Source: an uncultured Acidobacteriota bacterium (GTDB taxonomy: Bacteria > Acidobacteriota > Vicinamibacteria > Fen-336). From it: a stretch of DNA of 64,000 bases. The translations under genes and the position numbers were made by a program. Positions 28,111-37,075 of the stretch are shown here, piece after piece (position 1 is the first letter of the stretch; every line of letters starts with the position of its first letter). The DNA lies in NCBI GenBank assembly GCA_963720545.1, contig OY970399.1, positions 288,001-352,000 on the forward strand. Reading direction: 5' to 3'. The notes below the pieces were generated by a model. It made no database searches, was not told where the DNA came from, and saw nothing but the letters and a program-made list of their open reading frames with translations.

Positions 28111-31100
28111 ATGATGCCCGAAGCGAGGGTTGCGCCGAGACTGCCTACCGAAGAAGCGGTCCGCCTGGCCCGGCAGCTCTACGGCCTGGAAGCCGCAGCA
28201 GAACGGCTGCCCGGCGAGTACGACGACAACTTCCGGCTGTCAGCCGGCGACGGCCGCGAGTATGTGCTGAAGGTGATGCACCCCGCCCGGGAGCGATCTC
28301 TGGTCGCGCTGCAGTGCGAAGCGCTCGCTCACCTGGCGCTCCGTGCGCCAGCATTGACGCTGCCGCGCGTCCAGCTGGCTTCAAACGGCGCGGCCTTCGC
28401 CGCGGCCGAGCTCGCAACCGACGCCACGCGCCGGCTGGTCTGGATGCTGAGCTTCGTTCCCGGAACGCTGTTGGCCGAAGCCAAGCCCCATGGCCCGGAC
28501 CTCCTCCGCAGCCTCGGTCGGCTCGTAGGCCAGATCGATGCCGCCCTGGTCGATTTCTCGCATCCCGCGTCGCACCGCGACTTGAAGTGGGATCTGTCGC
28601 GGGTCGCGTGGGTGCGCGAACACGTCCATCTCGTGAGCGGCGCGGAGCGTCGCGCTCTCGTTGAGCGCTTCCTGGCGTTGTACGAAGCGCGCGTCACGCC
28701 TGTGCTCCCGCGCCTGCGTCGCAGCGTCATCTACGGCGATGCGAACGACTACAACGTGCTCGTAGGCGCGCCGCACACGCAGCCGCGCGAAGTGGTGAGC
28801 GTCATCGATTTCGGCGACATGCACCACGGCCTCACCGTCGCGGAGATCGCCATCGCCATTGCCTATGCGATCTTCGGCCAGCGCGACCCGCTGGCTGCCG
28901 CAGTCCAGGTCCTCGCCGGGTACCACCAGGCCTGGCCCCTGCAAGACGCAGAACTCGAAGTCCTCTATGCGCTGGTGGGCGCAAGGCTCGCCGTCAGCGT
29001 AACGAACTGCGCCCGGCGCAAGGCGCTGCACCCCGACGACCCGTACGTAACGGTCAGCGAAGGACCTGCCTGGGAGGCGCTCGCGCGGCTCGCGGAGGTG
29101 CAGCCGCGTTTCGCGCACTACGCGTTCCGTGATGCATGCGGCCAGTCAGCCGCGCCACAATCCGAGAGTATCGCCCGCTGGCTCTCGACCCAGTCACCGG
29201 CGGCCGTCCTCGATGTCGATCTGCGCCACGCGCCGTGCGTGGTGTTCGATCTCGGCATCGGCAGCCGCCTGCTCGGCGCGGACCCGGAAGCGGCGGAATG
29301 CGCAACGCTGACGGCGACGCTGTTCACAGAGATGGCCCGTGCGGGCGCGACCGTCGGCGTGGGACGCTACGCTGAGCCGCGCGCAATCTACACTTCCCCG
29401 CTGTTTGGCGGCGGTGAGTCGCCGCTTGCCGAACGCCGTACGCTCCACCTAGGCATCGATCTGTTCGCGGCGTCGGGCTCGCCGGTGCGCGCGCCGCTCG
29501 ACGGCTTCGTTCACATCCTGGCGAACAACCGGGCCCCGCTGGACTACGGGCCGCTCGTGATCCTGCGGCACCCGGTCGACACCGAGCTCGAATTCTTCAC
29601 GCTGTACGGCCACCTCAGCGAGGACACCCTCACGGCGCTGACCGTAGGCCAGCGCATCCGGCAGGGCCATACATTTGGGCGCATCGGCGAACCGCCCACG
29701 AACGGCGGGTGGCCGCCCCACGTCCACTTCCAGATCATCGTGGACTTGTTGGAGCTCGCCGCCGACTTCCCCGGGGTCGCCTTCGCCAGCCAGAAATCCG
29801 TCTGGATGAGCCTGTCGCCCGATCCCAACGGGGTGCTCGGGATCCCGGCCGAACGGTTTCCACCGCGCGACACGACCCGGGCAGAAACGCTCGCGGTCCG
29901 CCGTTCCCGGGTGGGTCCGAACCTGAGCTTGTCGTATCGCGAACCGCTCAAGATCGTCCGGGGGTTCATGCAGTACTTGTACGACGAAACGGGCCGTCCC
30001 TATCTCGATTTCTACAACAACGTGCCACTCGTCGGCCACAGCCATCCGCGCGTAGTCCAGGCGGCGCAGCGACAGCTCGGCTTGCTCAACACGAACACGC
30101 GCTATCTGCACGATACGATCGGGCGCTACGCCGAATGCCTCACCCGATCCCTTCCAGAGCCCTTGCAAGTCTGCTTCTTCTTGAACTCGGGGAGCGAAGC
30201 CAACGACCTCGCCTTGCGGCTGGCGCGGGTGCGCACCGGCTGCGAAGACGTCATCGTCCTCGAACACGCGTATCACGGCCACACGACCACCCTCGTGGAC
30301 GTCAGCCCGTACAAGTTCGACGGTCCCGGCGGCGGTGGTCGTCGCGCCTGGGTGCACGTCGCCCCTCTGCCGGACGACTATCGAGGGCGCTACCGCCGCG
30401 GCGATACGCAGGTTGGAGCGAAGTACGCGCAGCACGTTGCCGAAATCGTCAACGGTATGCGGCGGCAAGGGCGCGGCCCTGCCGCGTTCCTGGCCGAGAC
30501 ACTGCCGAGCGTCGCCGGGCAGATCGTCCTTCCCGCCGGTTATCTCGCAAGCGTGTACGACCTGGTGCGCGGCGCGGGCGGCGTGTGCATCGCGGACGAG
30601 GTCCAAACAGGTTTCGCGCGTCTCGGCTCACACCGCTGGGGCTTCGAAACGCAAGGTGTGGTCCCCGACATCCTGGTGCTCGGCAAGCCGATCGGCAACG
30701 GCTTCCCGCTGGCCGCGGTAGTGACAACACCGCAGATCGCCTCGGCCTTCGACAACGGTATGGAGTTCTTCAGCACGTTCGGCGGCAACCCGGTGGCGTG
30801 CGCGGCGGGTCTCGCCGTTCTCGAGGTGGTCGCTGTGGACGGCTTGCAGGCCCGCGCGTTGCACGTCGGCGGCCATCTCGAGGCTGGCCTCCGACGGCTC
30901 ATGCGGCGCCACGAGGCAATAGGCGACGTACGGGGCAAGGGACTGTTCCTTGGCATCGAGTTGGTGCGCAGTCGAAGGACGCTCGAGCCGGCGCGCGCGG
31001 AGGCGTCTTATGTCGTCAATCGTCTTCGCGAGCGTGGGATCCTGACCGGCACCGACGGTCCGTTCGAGAACGTGATCAAGCTCCGCCCGCCGCTGATCAT

Positions 31101-31176
31101 CGTCGAGCGCGACGCCGATCGGTTCCTCGACGCCCTCGACTCCGTCCTCGACGAAGACGGCGCGCAGCCCGGATGA
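28111..31176 (+). CDS. Fusion: aminoglycoside/hydroxylysine kinase-like + M23 peptidase + class III PLP aminotransferase/phospho-lyase
   Basis: GDANDYN and IDFGD (kinase); HLGID and PPHVHFQ (M23); NSGSEAND, DEVQTGF, LGKPIGNG, STFGGNP (class III PLP). Confidence 0.9.
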   Translation: MMPEARVAPRLPTEEAVRLARQLYGLEAAAERLPGEYDDNFRLSAGDGREYVLKVMHPARERSLVALQCEALAHLALRAPALTLPRVQLASNGAAFAAAELATDATRRLVWMLSFVPGTLLAEAKPHGPDLLRSLGRLVGQIDAALVDFSHPASHRDLKWDLSRVAWVREHVHLVSGAERRALVERFLALYEARVTPVLPRLRRSVIYGDANDYNVLVGAPHTQPREVVSVIDFGDMHHGLTVAEIAIAIAYAIFGQRDPLAAAVQVLAGYHQAWPLQDAELEVLYALVGARLAVSVTNCARRKALHPDDPYVTVSEGPAWEALARLAEVQPRFAHYAFRDACGQSAAPQSESIARWLSTQSPAAVLDVDLRHAPCVVFDLGIGSRLLGADPEAAECATLTATLFTEMARAGATVGVGRYAEPRAIYTSPLFGGGESPLAERRTLHLGIDLFAASGSPVRAPLDGFVHILANNRAPLDYGPLVILRHPVDTELEFFTLYGHLSEDTLTALTVGQRIRQGHTFGRIGEPPTNGGWPPHVHFQIIVDLLELAADFPGVAFASQKSVWMSLSPDPNGVLGIPAERFPPRDTTRAETLAVRRSRVGPNLSLSYREPLKIVRGFMQYLYDETGRPYLDFYNNVPLVGHSHPRVVQAAQRQLGLLNTNTRYLHDTIGRYAECLTRSLPEPLQVCFFLNSGSEANDLALRLARVRTGCEDVIVLEHAYHGHTTTLVDVSPYKFDGPGGGGRRAWVHVAPLPDDYRGRYRRGDTQVGAKYAQHVAEIVNGMRRQGRGPAAFLAETLPSVAGQIVLPAGYLASVYDLVRGAGGVCIADEVQTGFARLGSHRWGFETQGVVPDILVLGKPIGNGFPLAAVVTTPQIASAFDNGMEFFSTFGGNPVACAAGLAVLEVVAVDGLQARALHVGGHLEAGLRRLMRRHEAIGDVRGKGLFLGIELVRSRRTLEPARAEASYVVNRLRERGILTGTDGPFENVIKLRPPLIIVERDADRFLDALDSVLDEDGAQPG

Positions 31177-31180
31177 CGCG

Positions 31181-32215
31181 TTGACGCGTGCCCACGTGAC
31201 AATCGCACGGAGTCTGCCGATCCTCCTCGCTCTTCTGACCGGCCTTGGCAAACTGGCCGGCGCGCAAGCCGCACCGAGCCCTGCGCCCGACTGGGGTGCG
31301 CGCATCGAAGCGATCCGAGCCGGCTTTCCCGGCGACATGGCGGTCTTCGCGAAGCACCTGGGCACCGGCGAAACGTTGGCGCAGGACGCCGACACGGTCT
31401 ACGAGACATTCAGCGTGATCAAGGTTCCGATCATGGCCGAGGTCATGCGCCAGGCGGAAGCCGGCACCTTCTCGCTCGACGACCGCATCGCCTACAAGAG
31501 CCCCATGGCGCGCCTGCCGTCCGGACTGCTCTACATGATGGACGAAGGGTTGCAACCAACGGTGCGCGACCTCCTCAAGCTGATGATCGTCATCAGCGAC
31601 AACAGCGCGACGGACATCCTCGGCGACAAGGTCGGGCGCGACAAGGTGACGCAGTTCATGGGCAACCTCGGCCTCGCGCGCACCGAGGTCCGCTATTCGG
31701 ACCTCGAGTGGGATCGGCGCTGGCTGGGGTTTCTCGATCCCGCCTACAGCGGCGCGAGCGGCGACCGCACGATCGACTTCCCCATGGACAAATACGAGCC
31801 AGCGGCCATCAGCGCGGCATTCCGCAAGGTCATCTATGAGACCGAGGTCTACTTCGGCCACAGCACTGCGCGCGAGACCGGCCGGCTGTTCGAGTTGATG
31901 GCGCGTGGCGAGCTGGTGTCGAAAGCCGCCAGCGCGGAGATGATCCAAATCCTCAAGCGCCAGCAGGTCAACAACCGCATCCCGCGCTACCTGAAGGCCA
32001 TCACGGTCGCTCACAAGACCGGCGACGGCCAGCCCTGGATCGGGAACGATGCCGGCATCCTGTGGATCAAGGACGCGCCGGTGGTGCTCGTGGTCTTCAC
32101 CGGACGTCACCGCGGCACGACTGCGGAGCTTCACGACACAGTGGCGCGCGTGGCGGCGATCGTCGCCGATCACTTCGGCGGCGCGGTCGACCCCGAGGGA
32201 CTCGCCGCGCGGTGA
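31181..32215 (+). CDS. Class A beta-lactamase-like serine hydrolase, exported
   Basis: Signal peptide; SVIK, SDN, HKTG motifs. Confidence 0.85.
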   Translation: MTRAHVTIARSLPILLALLTGLGKLAGAQAAPSPAPDWGARIEAIRAGFPGDMAVFAKHLGTGETLAQDADTVYETFSVIKVPIMAEVMRQAEAGTFSLDDRIAYKSPMARLPSGLLYMMDEGLQPTVRDLLKLMIVISDNSATDILGDKVGRDKVTQFMGNLGLARTEVRYSDLEWDRRWLGFLDPAYSGASGDRTIDFPMDKYEPAAISAAFRKVIYETEVYFGHSTARETGRLFELMARGELVSKAASAEMIQILKRQQVNNRIPRYLKAITVAHKTGDGQPWIGNDAGILWIKDAPVVLVVFTGRHRGTTAELHDTVARVAAIVADHFGGAVDPEGLAAR

Positions 32216-32216
32216 A

Positions 32217-33470
32217 CTAAAGCGCGGGCCGGAAGGTCCGCGCGACCCGGTCGAAGGCCCGGTGCAGCAAGCCGCGCTTGTGCCAATCCGGCTCGCGCAT
32301 CGCCACGGCGTGTTCGACGTCCTCGCGAAATACTTCGGCCATGCGCCTGCCGGTCGCCTCGTCGATGATCACGAGGTCGCACTCCCGGTTGACGTGGAAC
32401 GAACGGAAGTCGAGATTGCTCGAGCCGATGAGCGACACCGTATCGTCGGCGCACAGCGTCTTCGCGTGCAGCACCGCGGCCTGGTATTCGTAGACCTTGA
32501 CGCCGGCCTGCAGCATCTCCGCGAAGAAACCGTGGCCGGCGTGGCGCACGACCGGCACGTCCGTCGGGCCCGCGAGCAACAAACGCACGTCGACGCCACG
32601 CTGCGCCGCCCGCACCAGGGCTGCGGCCGTGCTCGCGACCGGCGCGAAGTAGGAATTCGTGATCCAGACGTTCCGGCGCGCGGCTCCTAGGATGGCCGCG
32701 AACAGCGCCGCCGGCTTGCCGTCGCCCTTGCCGGCGCGCGAGTCGAGCACCAGGCAGCGCGCGCCACCGCACGCCTCGGGTACGAGCGCTTCGGCTTCGC
32801 CGCCGGTCGCGAAGTCGCCGCCGCCCGCCACCAGCCAGCTTTGCGCGAACACGTGCGCCATCTCGCGCGCGCACGGCCCATGCACCTCGACCTGGGTATC
32901 GCGCCACACGCCGCGCTTTGCGTGGCGTGCGGAGCCGTAGTCGTCGGCGATGTTCATGCCGCCGGTGAAGCCGGCGCGCCGGTCGCCCACCAGCAGCTTG
33001 CGGTGGTCGCGGCGCGGGCCCTTCCACAGGTTGCGCAGCACCGGCCGGAAGAGGCGTACCTCGATGCCCCGGCTGCGCAGCTGTGCCCAGAACGAGTCCT
33101 TCGTGAAGTACGAGCCGAAGGCATCGGCCAGCACCCGCACAGCGGCTCCCCGCTCCCTGGCGCGGATGAGTGCTTTTGCGACTTCCCTGCCGACGTGATC
33201 GTCCTTGAGGATGTACGACTCGACCAGCACCTCCTGGCGCGCGTCGTCGATGACGCGCAACATCGCGGCGAACGCGTTTTCGCCGCGCGTGTGCACCGTG
33301 ACCCGGTCGCCGGTACTGAAGCGGCCGCAGTCGATCCGCGCCACGAGCGCTTCGAACCCCGCGCCGCCGAGACCGTCTGGCAGCGCCTCCGCCAGCGCCG
33401 CGGCCTCGGCGGCGCCGAGCTCGCCCGACGCGACCGGAACACGCGAACTCAGCGCTTGCGGGATCGGCAT
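32217..33470 (-). CDS. Cardiolipin synthase (PLD family, ClsB-like)
   Basis: Two HKD motifs, HRKLLVGD and HAKTLCAD; GGMNI, GSSNLD. Confidence 0.85.
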   Translation of the reverse strand: MPIPQALSSRVPVASGELGAAEAAALAEALPDGLGGAGFEALVARIDCGRFSTGDRVTVHTRGENAFAAMLRVIDDARQEVLVESYILKDDHVGREVAKALIRARERGAAVRVLADAFGSYFTKDSFWAQLRSRGIEVRLFRPVLRNLWKGPRRDHRKLLVGDRRAGFTGGMNIADDYGSARHAKRGVWRDTQVEVHGPCAREMAHVFAQSWLVAGGGDFATGGEAEALVPEACGGARCLVLDSRAGKGDGKPAALFAAILGAARRNVWITNSYFAPVASTAAALVRAAQRGVDVRLLLAGPTDVPVVRHAGHGFFAEMLQAGVKVYEYQAAVLHAKTLCADDTVSLIGSSNLDFRSFHVNRECDLVIIDEATGRRMAEVFREDVEHAVAMREPDWHKRGLLHRAFDRVARTFRPAL

Positions 33471-33501
33471 GGACGGGACGATAACTTAACCTTTGCAGGC
33501 G

Positions 33502-34362
33502 ATGCCCGAGCTCCCCGAAGTCGAGACGACGCTGCGCGGCATCGAACCGCACCTGCGCGGGCGCCGCATCACGAAGGTCGCCGTGCGCGAGCGGCGTTTG
33601 CGCTGGCCGGTGCCCGCGTCGCTGGCGCGCGCGGCACGCGGGCAACTGGTGCGCGGCGCCGTGCGCCGCGGCAAGTACCTGCTCATCGAGCTGGAGCGCG
33701 GCACGATGATCCTCCACCTCGGCATGTCGGGCAGCCTGCGCGTGCTGAACGCCGCGACCCCGATCGTCGCTCACGATCACGTGGACATCGTGCTCGACTC
33801 CGGCCAGCTCCTGCGCTTCAACGACCCGCGCCGCTTCGGCACGCTCCTGTGGACGACCGCCGATCCCCTGCGCCATCGGCTCCTGGCACGGCTCGCGCCC
33901 GAGCCGCTCGACGCCCAGTTCGACGCGGAGTACCTGTTTCGGGCAACGCGCGGGCGCAAGGTCGCGATCAAGCAATTCATCATGAACAGCCAGGTTGTGG
34001 TCGGCGTCGGCAACATCTACGCGAGCGAGGCGCTGTTTCGCGCGCGCCTCGACCCGCGGCTCGGGGCGGGCCGGCTCGGCAAGCAGGAAGCGGCCCGCCT
34101 GGTGCGCGCCATCAAGGCGGTGCTCGCCTACGCGATCCGCCAGGGCGGCACCACGCTGCGCGACTACGTGGGCGCCGATGGCGCGCCCGGATACTTCCGC
34201 CAGAAGCTCTACGTCTATGAGAGGGCCGGCCTGCCGTGTCGCCGCTGCCGCTCGCCCATCCGCCAGATCACGCAAGGCGCGCGCTCCACATATTTTTGCG
34301 TGAAGTGCCAGGCGCGGCGGAGCAAAGTGGCCGAAAAGGATGGTGTTCGGCGGAGGCGGTGA
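33502..34362 (+). CDS. mutM: Formamidopyrimidine-DNA glycosylase
   Basis: MPELPEVET, RRGKYL, HLGMSG, DPRRFG, GVGNIYASE, C-terminal zinc finger. Confidence 0.97.
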   Translation: MPELPEVETTLRGIEPHLRGRRITKVAVRERRLRWPVPASLARAARGQLVRGAVRRGKYLLIELERGTMILHLGMSGSLRVLNAATPIVAHDHVDIVLDSGQLLRFNDPRRFGTLLWTTADPLRHRLLARLAPEPLDAQFDAEYLFRATRGRKVAIKQFIMNSQVVVGVGNIYASEALFRARLDPRLGAGRLGKQEAARLVRAIKAVLAYAIRQGGTTLRDYVGADGAPGYFRQKLYVYERAGLPCRRCRSPIRQITQGARSTYFCVKCQARRSKVAEKDGVRRRR

Positions 34363-34394
34363 CTATCCTGATTTCATTTCCGGGAGGACAACTC

Positions 34395-34922
34395 ATGAGC
34401 CGAACCAGTCTCGCAATGTTCATCGCTGCCGCCGGCATTCTGGCCGTCGGCAGTTCCGCAAGCACCGCGAACGCGCAGGCGGCCGAGCGTTCTTTCCGCA
34501 CGCTGCTACGCGGCTTCGAGGAGCCGCCCGCGGTCTCGAGCACCGGCGAGGGCGAGTTCCGCGCCCACGTCAACGCCGCACGCACCGCGTTCACCTACGC
34601 CCTCTCCTACTCGGGCCTCGAGGGCGAAGTGACGCAGGCGCATATCCACCTCGGCCAGAAGGGCGTCAACGGCGGCATCATGGTGTGGCTCTGCCAGACG
34701 GCCGCCGCGCCCGGCCCCGAGGGTACCCCGACCTGCCCCGGACCCAACGAAGGCACCGTGCAGGGCCGAGTCACCGGCGCGAGCATCGTCGGACCCACCG
34801 GCCAGGGAGTGGACCCCGGTGAGTTCGCCGAACTCCTGAACGCCCTCGGCTCCGAGGTCGCTTACGTGAACGTACACTCGACGCGCAACCTCGGCGGCGA
34901 GATCCGCGGCCAGATCGACTAG
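34395..34922 (+). CDS. Secreted CHRD domain protein
   Basis: Signal peptide; QAHIH, YVNVHS...GGEIRGQ; GGAGG RBS. Confidence 0.9.
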   Translation: MSRTSLAMFIAAAGILAVGSSASTANAQAAERSFRTLLRGFEEPPAVSSTGEGEFRAHVNAARTAFTYALSYSGLEGEVTQAHIHLGQKGVNGGIMVWLCQTAAAPGPEGTPTCPGPNEGTVQGRVTGASIVGPTGQGVDPGEFAELLNALGSEVAYVNVHSTRNLGGEIRGQID

Positions 34923-34935
34923 TTCACGGCATCGA

Positions 34936-35379
34936 CTACCGCACGACCAGGTCGTTCACGATCCGGTAGCCCGGGGCCCTGGCGCCGGCGATGACTTCGG
35001 CCGCGGCCTTGTCCGAGGCCGCCGTCACGGTGCCCTTCAGGACGATCGTCTTCGCCGCTTCGTCCGTGGTGACCTCGATGTTTGACGCATCGAGGTTCTG
35101 GTCGGCCATCAGCGCCGCCTTGACGTCGATCGTCTGGGCCGCGCCGGAGATTGCCTTGCCCGCCTTGCCGAGCGCCTTGCCGGCCTCGGATGCGGCGTCG
35201 CGCGCGCCGGATTTCATCGCGTCGCCCGCCTTGTCGGCCGCCTCGCCCGTCTGCTTCGCAGCCTCCTCACTCGCCGCGGCGGCCTTCTCTTTCGCCTTGG
35301 CGGCATCCTGCTTCACGCCTTCGGCAGTGTTCTCGCAGCCCGCCGCTCCGATGCAACAGGCGATCGCGAGCGCGCGCAT
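34936..35379 (-). CDS. BON domain lipoprotein
   Basis: Lipobox-like AAGC; VKAAL..IEVTT..LKGTV..VNDLVV. Confidence 0.8.
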   Translation of the reverse strand: MRALAIACCIGAAGCENTAEGVKQDAAKAKEKAAAASEEAAKQTGEAADKAGDAMKSGARDAASEAGKALGKAGKAISGAAQTIDVKAALMADQNLDASNIEVTTDEAAKTIVLKGTVTAASDKAAAEVIAGARAPGYRIVNDLVVR

Positions 35380-35424
35380 CAAGTTTTCAGCCCTCAAGAA
35401 ACACCTCCATGCCTGCCCCAACCA

Positions 35425-36957
35425 TTACTTGATCGCCTCCCCCTTTTCCACCCGCGCGAGGTTCGAGAGGAAGGTTGCGTCCTTGTAGCCGAGCTCGCGC
35501 GCCTTGGCCCCGTGCGCCTTGAAATTGGCGGCGTCCTTCAACCCGAAATAGCTCCATGCCAGGTAACCCTCGACCTGCGCGCTCGGCGGCGCGAGCGTCA
35601 GCGATTTCTCGAACGCGGCCGCGGCCTCGGCATAGCGCTTGCTCGCGAGCTGCGCGGCGCCGGTGAACACCCAGGCGTCGGCTTTCTTGTACTCCGGTGA
35701 CGCGGTCACTGTCGCAAGCTCCGCGATGGCGCGGTCGTATTGCTTCGCATCGGTGAGCGCCGCCCCGAGCGACTCGCGGTACACGAGGCTCGTGCCATCC
35801 GCCTTCACCGCCGCCTCGAAGAAAGTCAAGGCGCCCGCGGCGTTGTTCTGCGCACGGTGGGTAACGAGGCCGAGCTGGTACTGCGCTTCGGCGGAAGCCG
35901 GATCGAGCTCGGCCGCCTTCTTCAGCTCGACGAGTGCGGCGTCGATCTGGCGCTTGGCGACGAGCGCGCGGCCGAGGCCAAGGCGCGCGGGCGCCCAGTC
36001 GGGACGCGCGTCGCGAATCGCCGTGAGGTCGCGGATGGCGCCGTCCACCTGGCCGGCTGCCGATGCCTTCAAGGCGCGCGCGATGTTGATCTCGTCCACC
36101 AGCGTCGCCGCATCCTTGTCGTCCTCGGCCATCGCCGCCGCCGAGGCGGCGTCCCCCAGCGCGTCCTCCGGCCGGCCGAGCGCCACTTTCACCCGCGCCG
36201 ACTCCTTGTAAGCCGCGATAGCGCCCGGCACGGAAGCGAGCAGCGTCGCAAGCAGCGGCTCGGCCTCGGCCGCGCGGCCGGTGCGGCGCAGCACGCGCGC
36301 GAGGCCGAGCGACGCGTTCACCTGGTCGGCCGCGAGCGCGCTGCGATAGGCCGCCTCGGCACCCGCCAGGTCGCCCTTCGACTCGAGCGCCAGCCCGCGT
36401 GCCGAGGCAGCAGGGCCGATCACTCCGCCCTTCTGCGCGGCATCGGCGAGTGCCAGCGCCTCGTCGGCCTTGCCTGCACGGGCGGCGGAACGGGCAGCCG
36501 CCACCGCCGGCCACGGGCCGGCGGCGTCCGCCGCCAGGGCCGCAGCCGCCGTCGCATCGGTCTCCGGACGTGCGCGCACTTCCTGAGCCAGCGCCAGCCG
36601 CGCCAGCGCCTCCCCCTTCTCCGCCCCGCCAAGCTTGGCCGCCGCGGCGGTGTAGGCGTCCATCGCGGCCTCCAGGTCGAGCTTCGTGTCCTGCGCCCGG
36701 CCGAGGTGCAGCGCCGCGGTACCGGTCGCATCGGCAGCGGCCGCCTTCGTCAGCAGTTCGATCGCGCCGTCGAGGTCGCCGGCAGCCGCCTTGGCATCGC
36801 CCTGCGCCATCAGGTCGGCGGCGCCGGCGGGACCTTGCTGAGCCGCGGCCGCGGGCCTGGCTTTGTCCTTGTCCTTATCCTTGTCCTTTGGCTTCTGGTC
36901 GGCGGGCACGCCGCCGAATGTCAGGAGCAGCGCGAGACTGAGAACAGTGGCGGCCAT
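35425..36957 (-). CDS. Exported TPR protein
   Basis: AGGAGG RBS, signal peptide, multiple TPR repeats (ELDPASAEAQYQLG). Confidence 0.8.
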   Translation of the reverse strand: MAATVLSLALLLTFGGVPADQKPKDKDKDKDKARPAAAAQQGPAGAADLMAQGDAKAAAGDLDGAIELLTKAAAADATGTAALHLGRAQDTKLDLEAAMDAYTAAAAKLGGAEKGEALARLALAQEVRARPETDATAAAALAADAAGPWPAVAAARSAARAGKADEALALADAAQKGGVIGPAASARGLALESKGDLAGAEAAYRSALAADQVNASLGLARVLRRTGRAAEAEPLLATLLASVPGAIAAYKESARVKVALGRPEDALGDAASAAAMAEDDKDAATLVDEINIARALKASAAGQVDGAIRDLTAIRDARPDWAPARLGLGRALVAKRQIDAALVELKKAAELDPASAEAQYQLGLVTHRAQNNAAGALTFFEAAVKADGTSLVYRESLGAALTDAKQYDRAIAELATVTASPEYKKADAWVFTGAAQLASKRYAEAAAAFEKSLTLAPPSAQVEGYLAWSYFGLKDAANFKAHGAKARELGYKDATFLSNLARVEKGEAIK

Positions 36958-37075
36958 CGAAGACCTCCTTGGCGGCCGCCCCAAGGCTGCGTACGGCGAC
37001 CGTGGCGGAGCGTAGTCCCGCGCGGTCGCGACGGTCAATGGATTTTCGTCCAGGAGCTAAGATCGAAGATCCCCC

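Noticed and set aside
23445..31176. Integrated mobile element at dif
   Set aside because: No integrase, Rep, phage genes or second full dif copy seen; only a qualitative compositional shift
31181..32215. Calling it an antibiotic-resistance beta-lactamase
   Set aside because: The canonical Glu166 context is not evident and the omega loop is atypical; activity cannot be inferred
36862..36890. Short tandem repeat (GTCCTT)n
   Set aside because: Encodes a KDKDKD low-complexity linker; the 6-bp unit keeps frame, so it is neither a CRISPR nor a phase-variation tract
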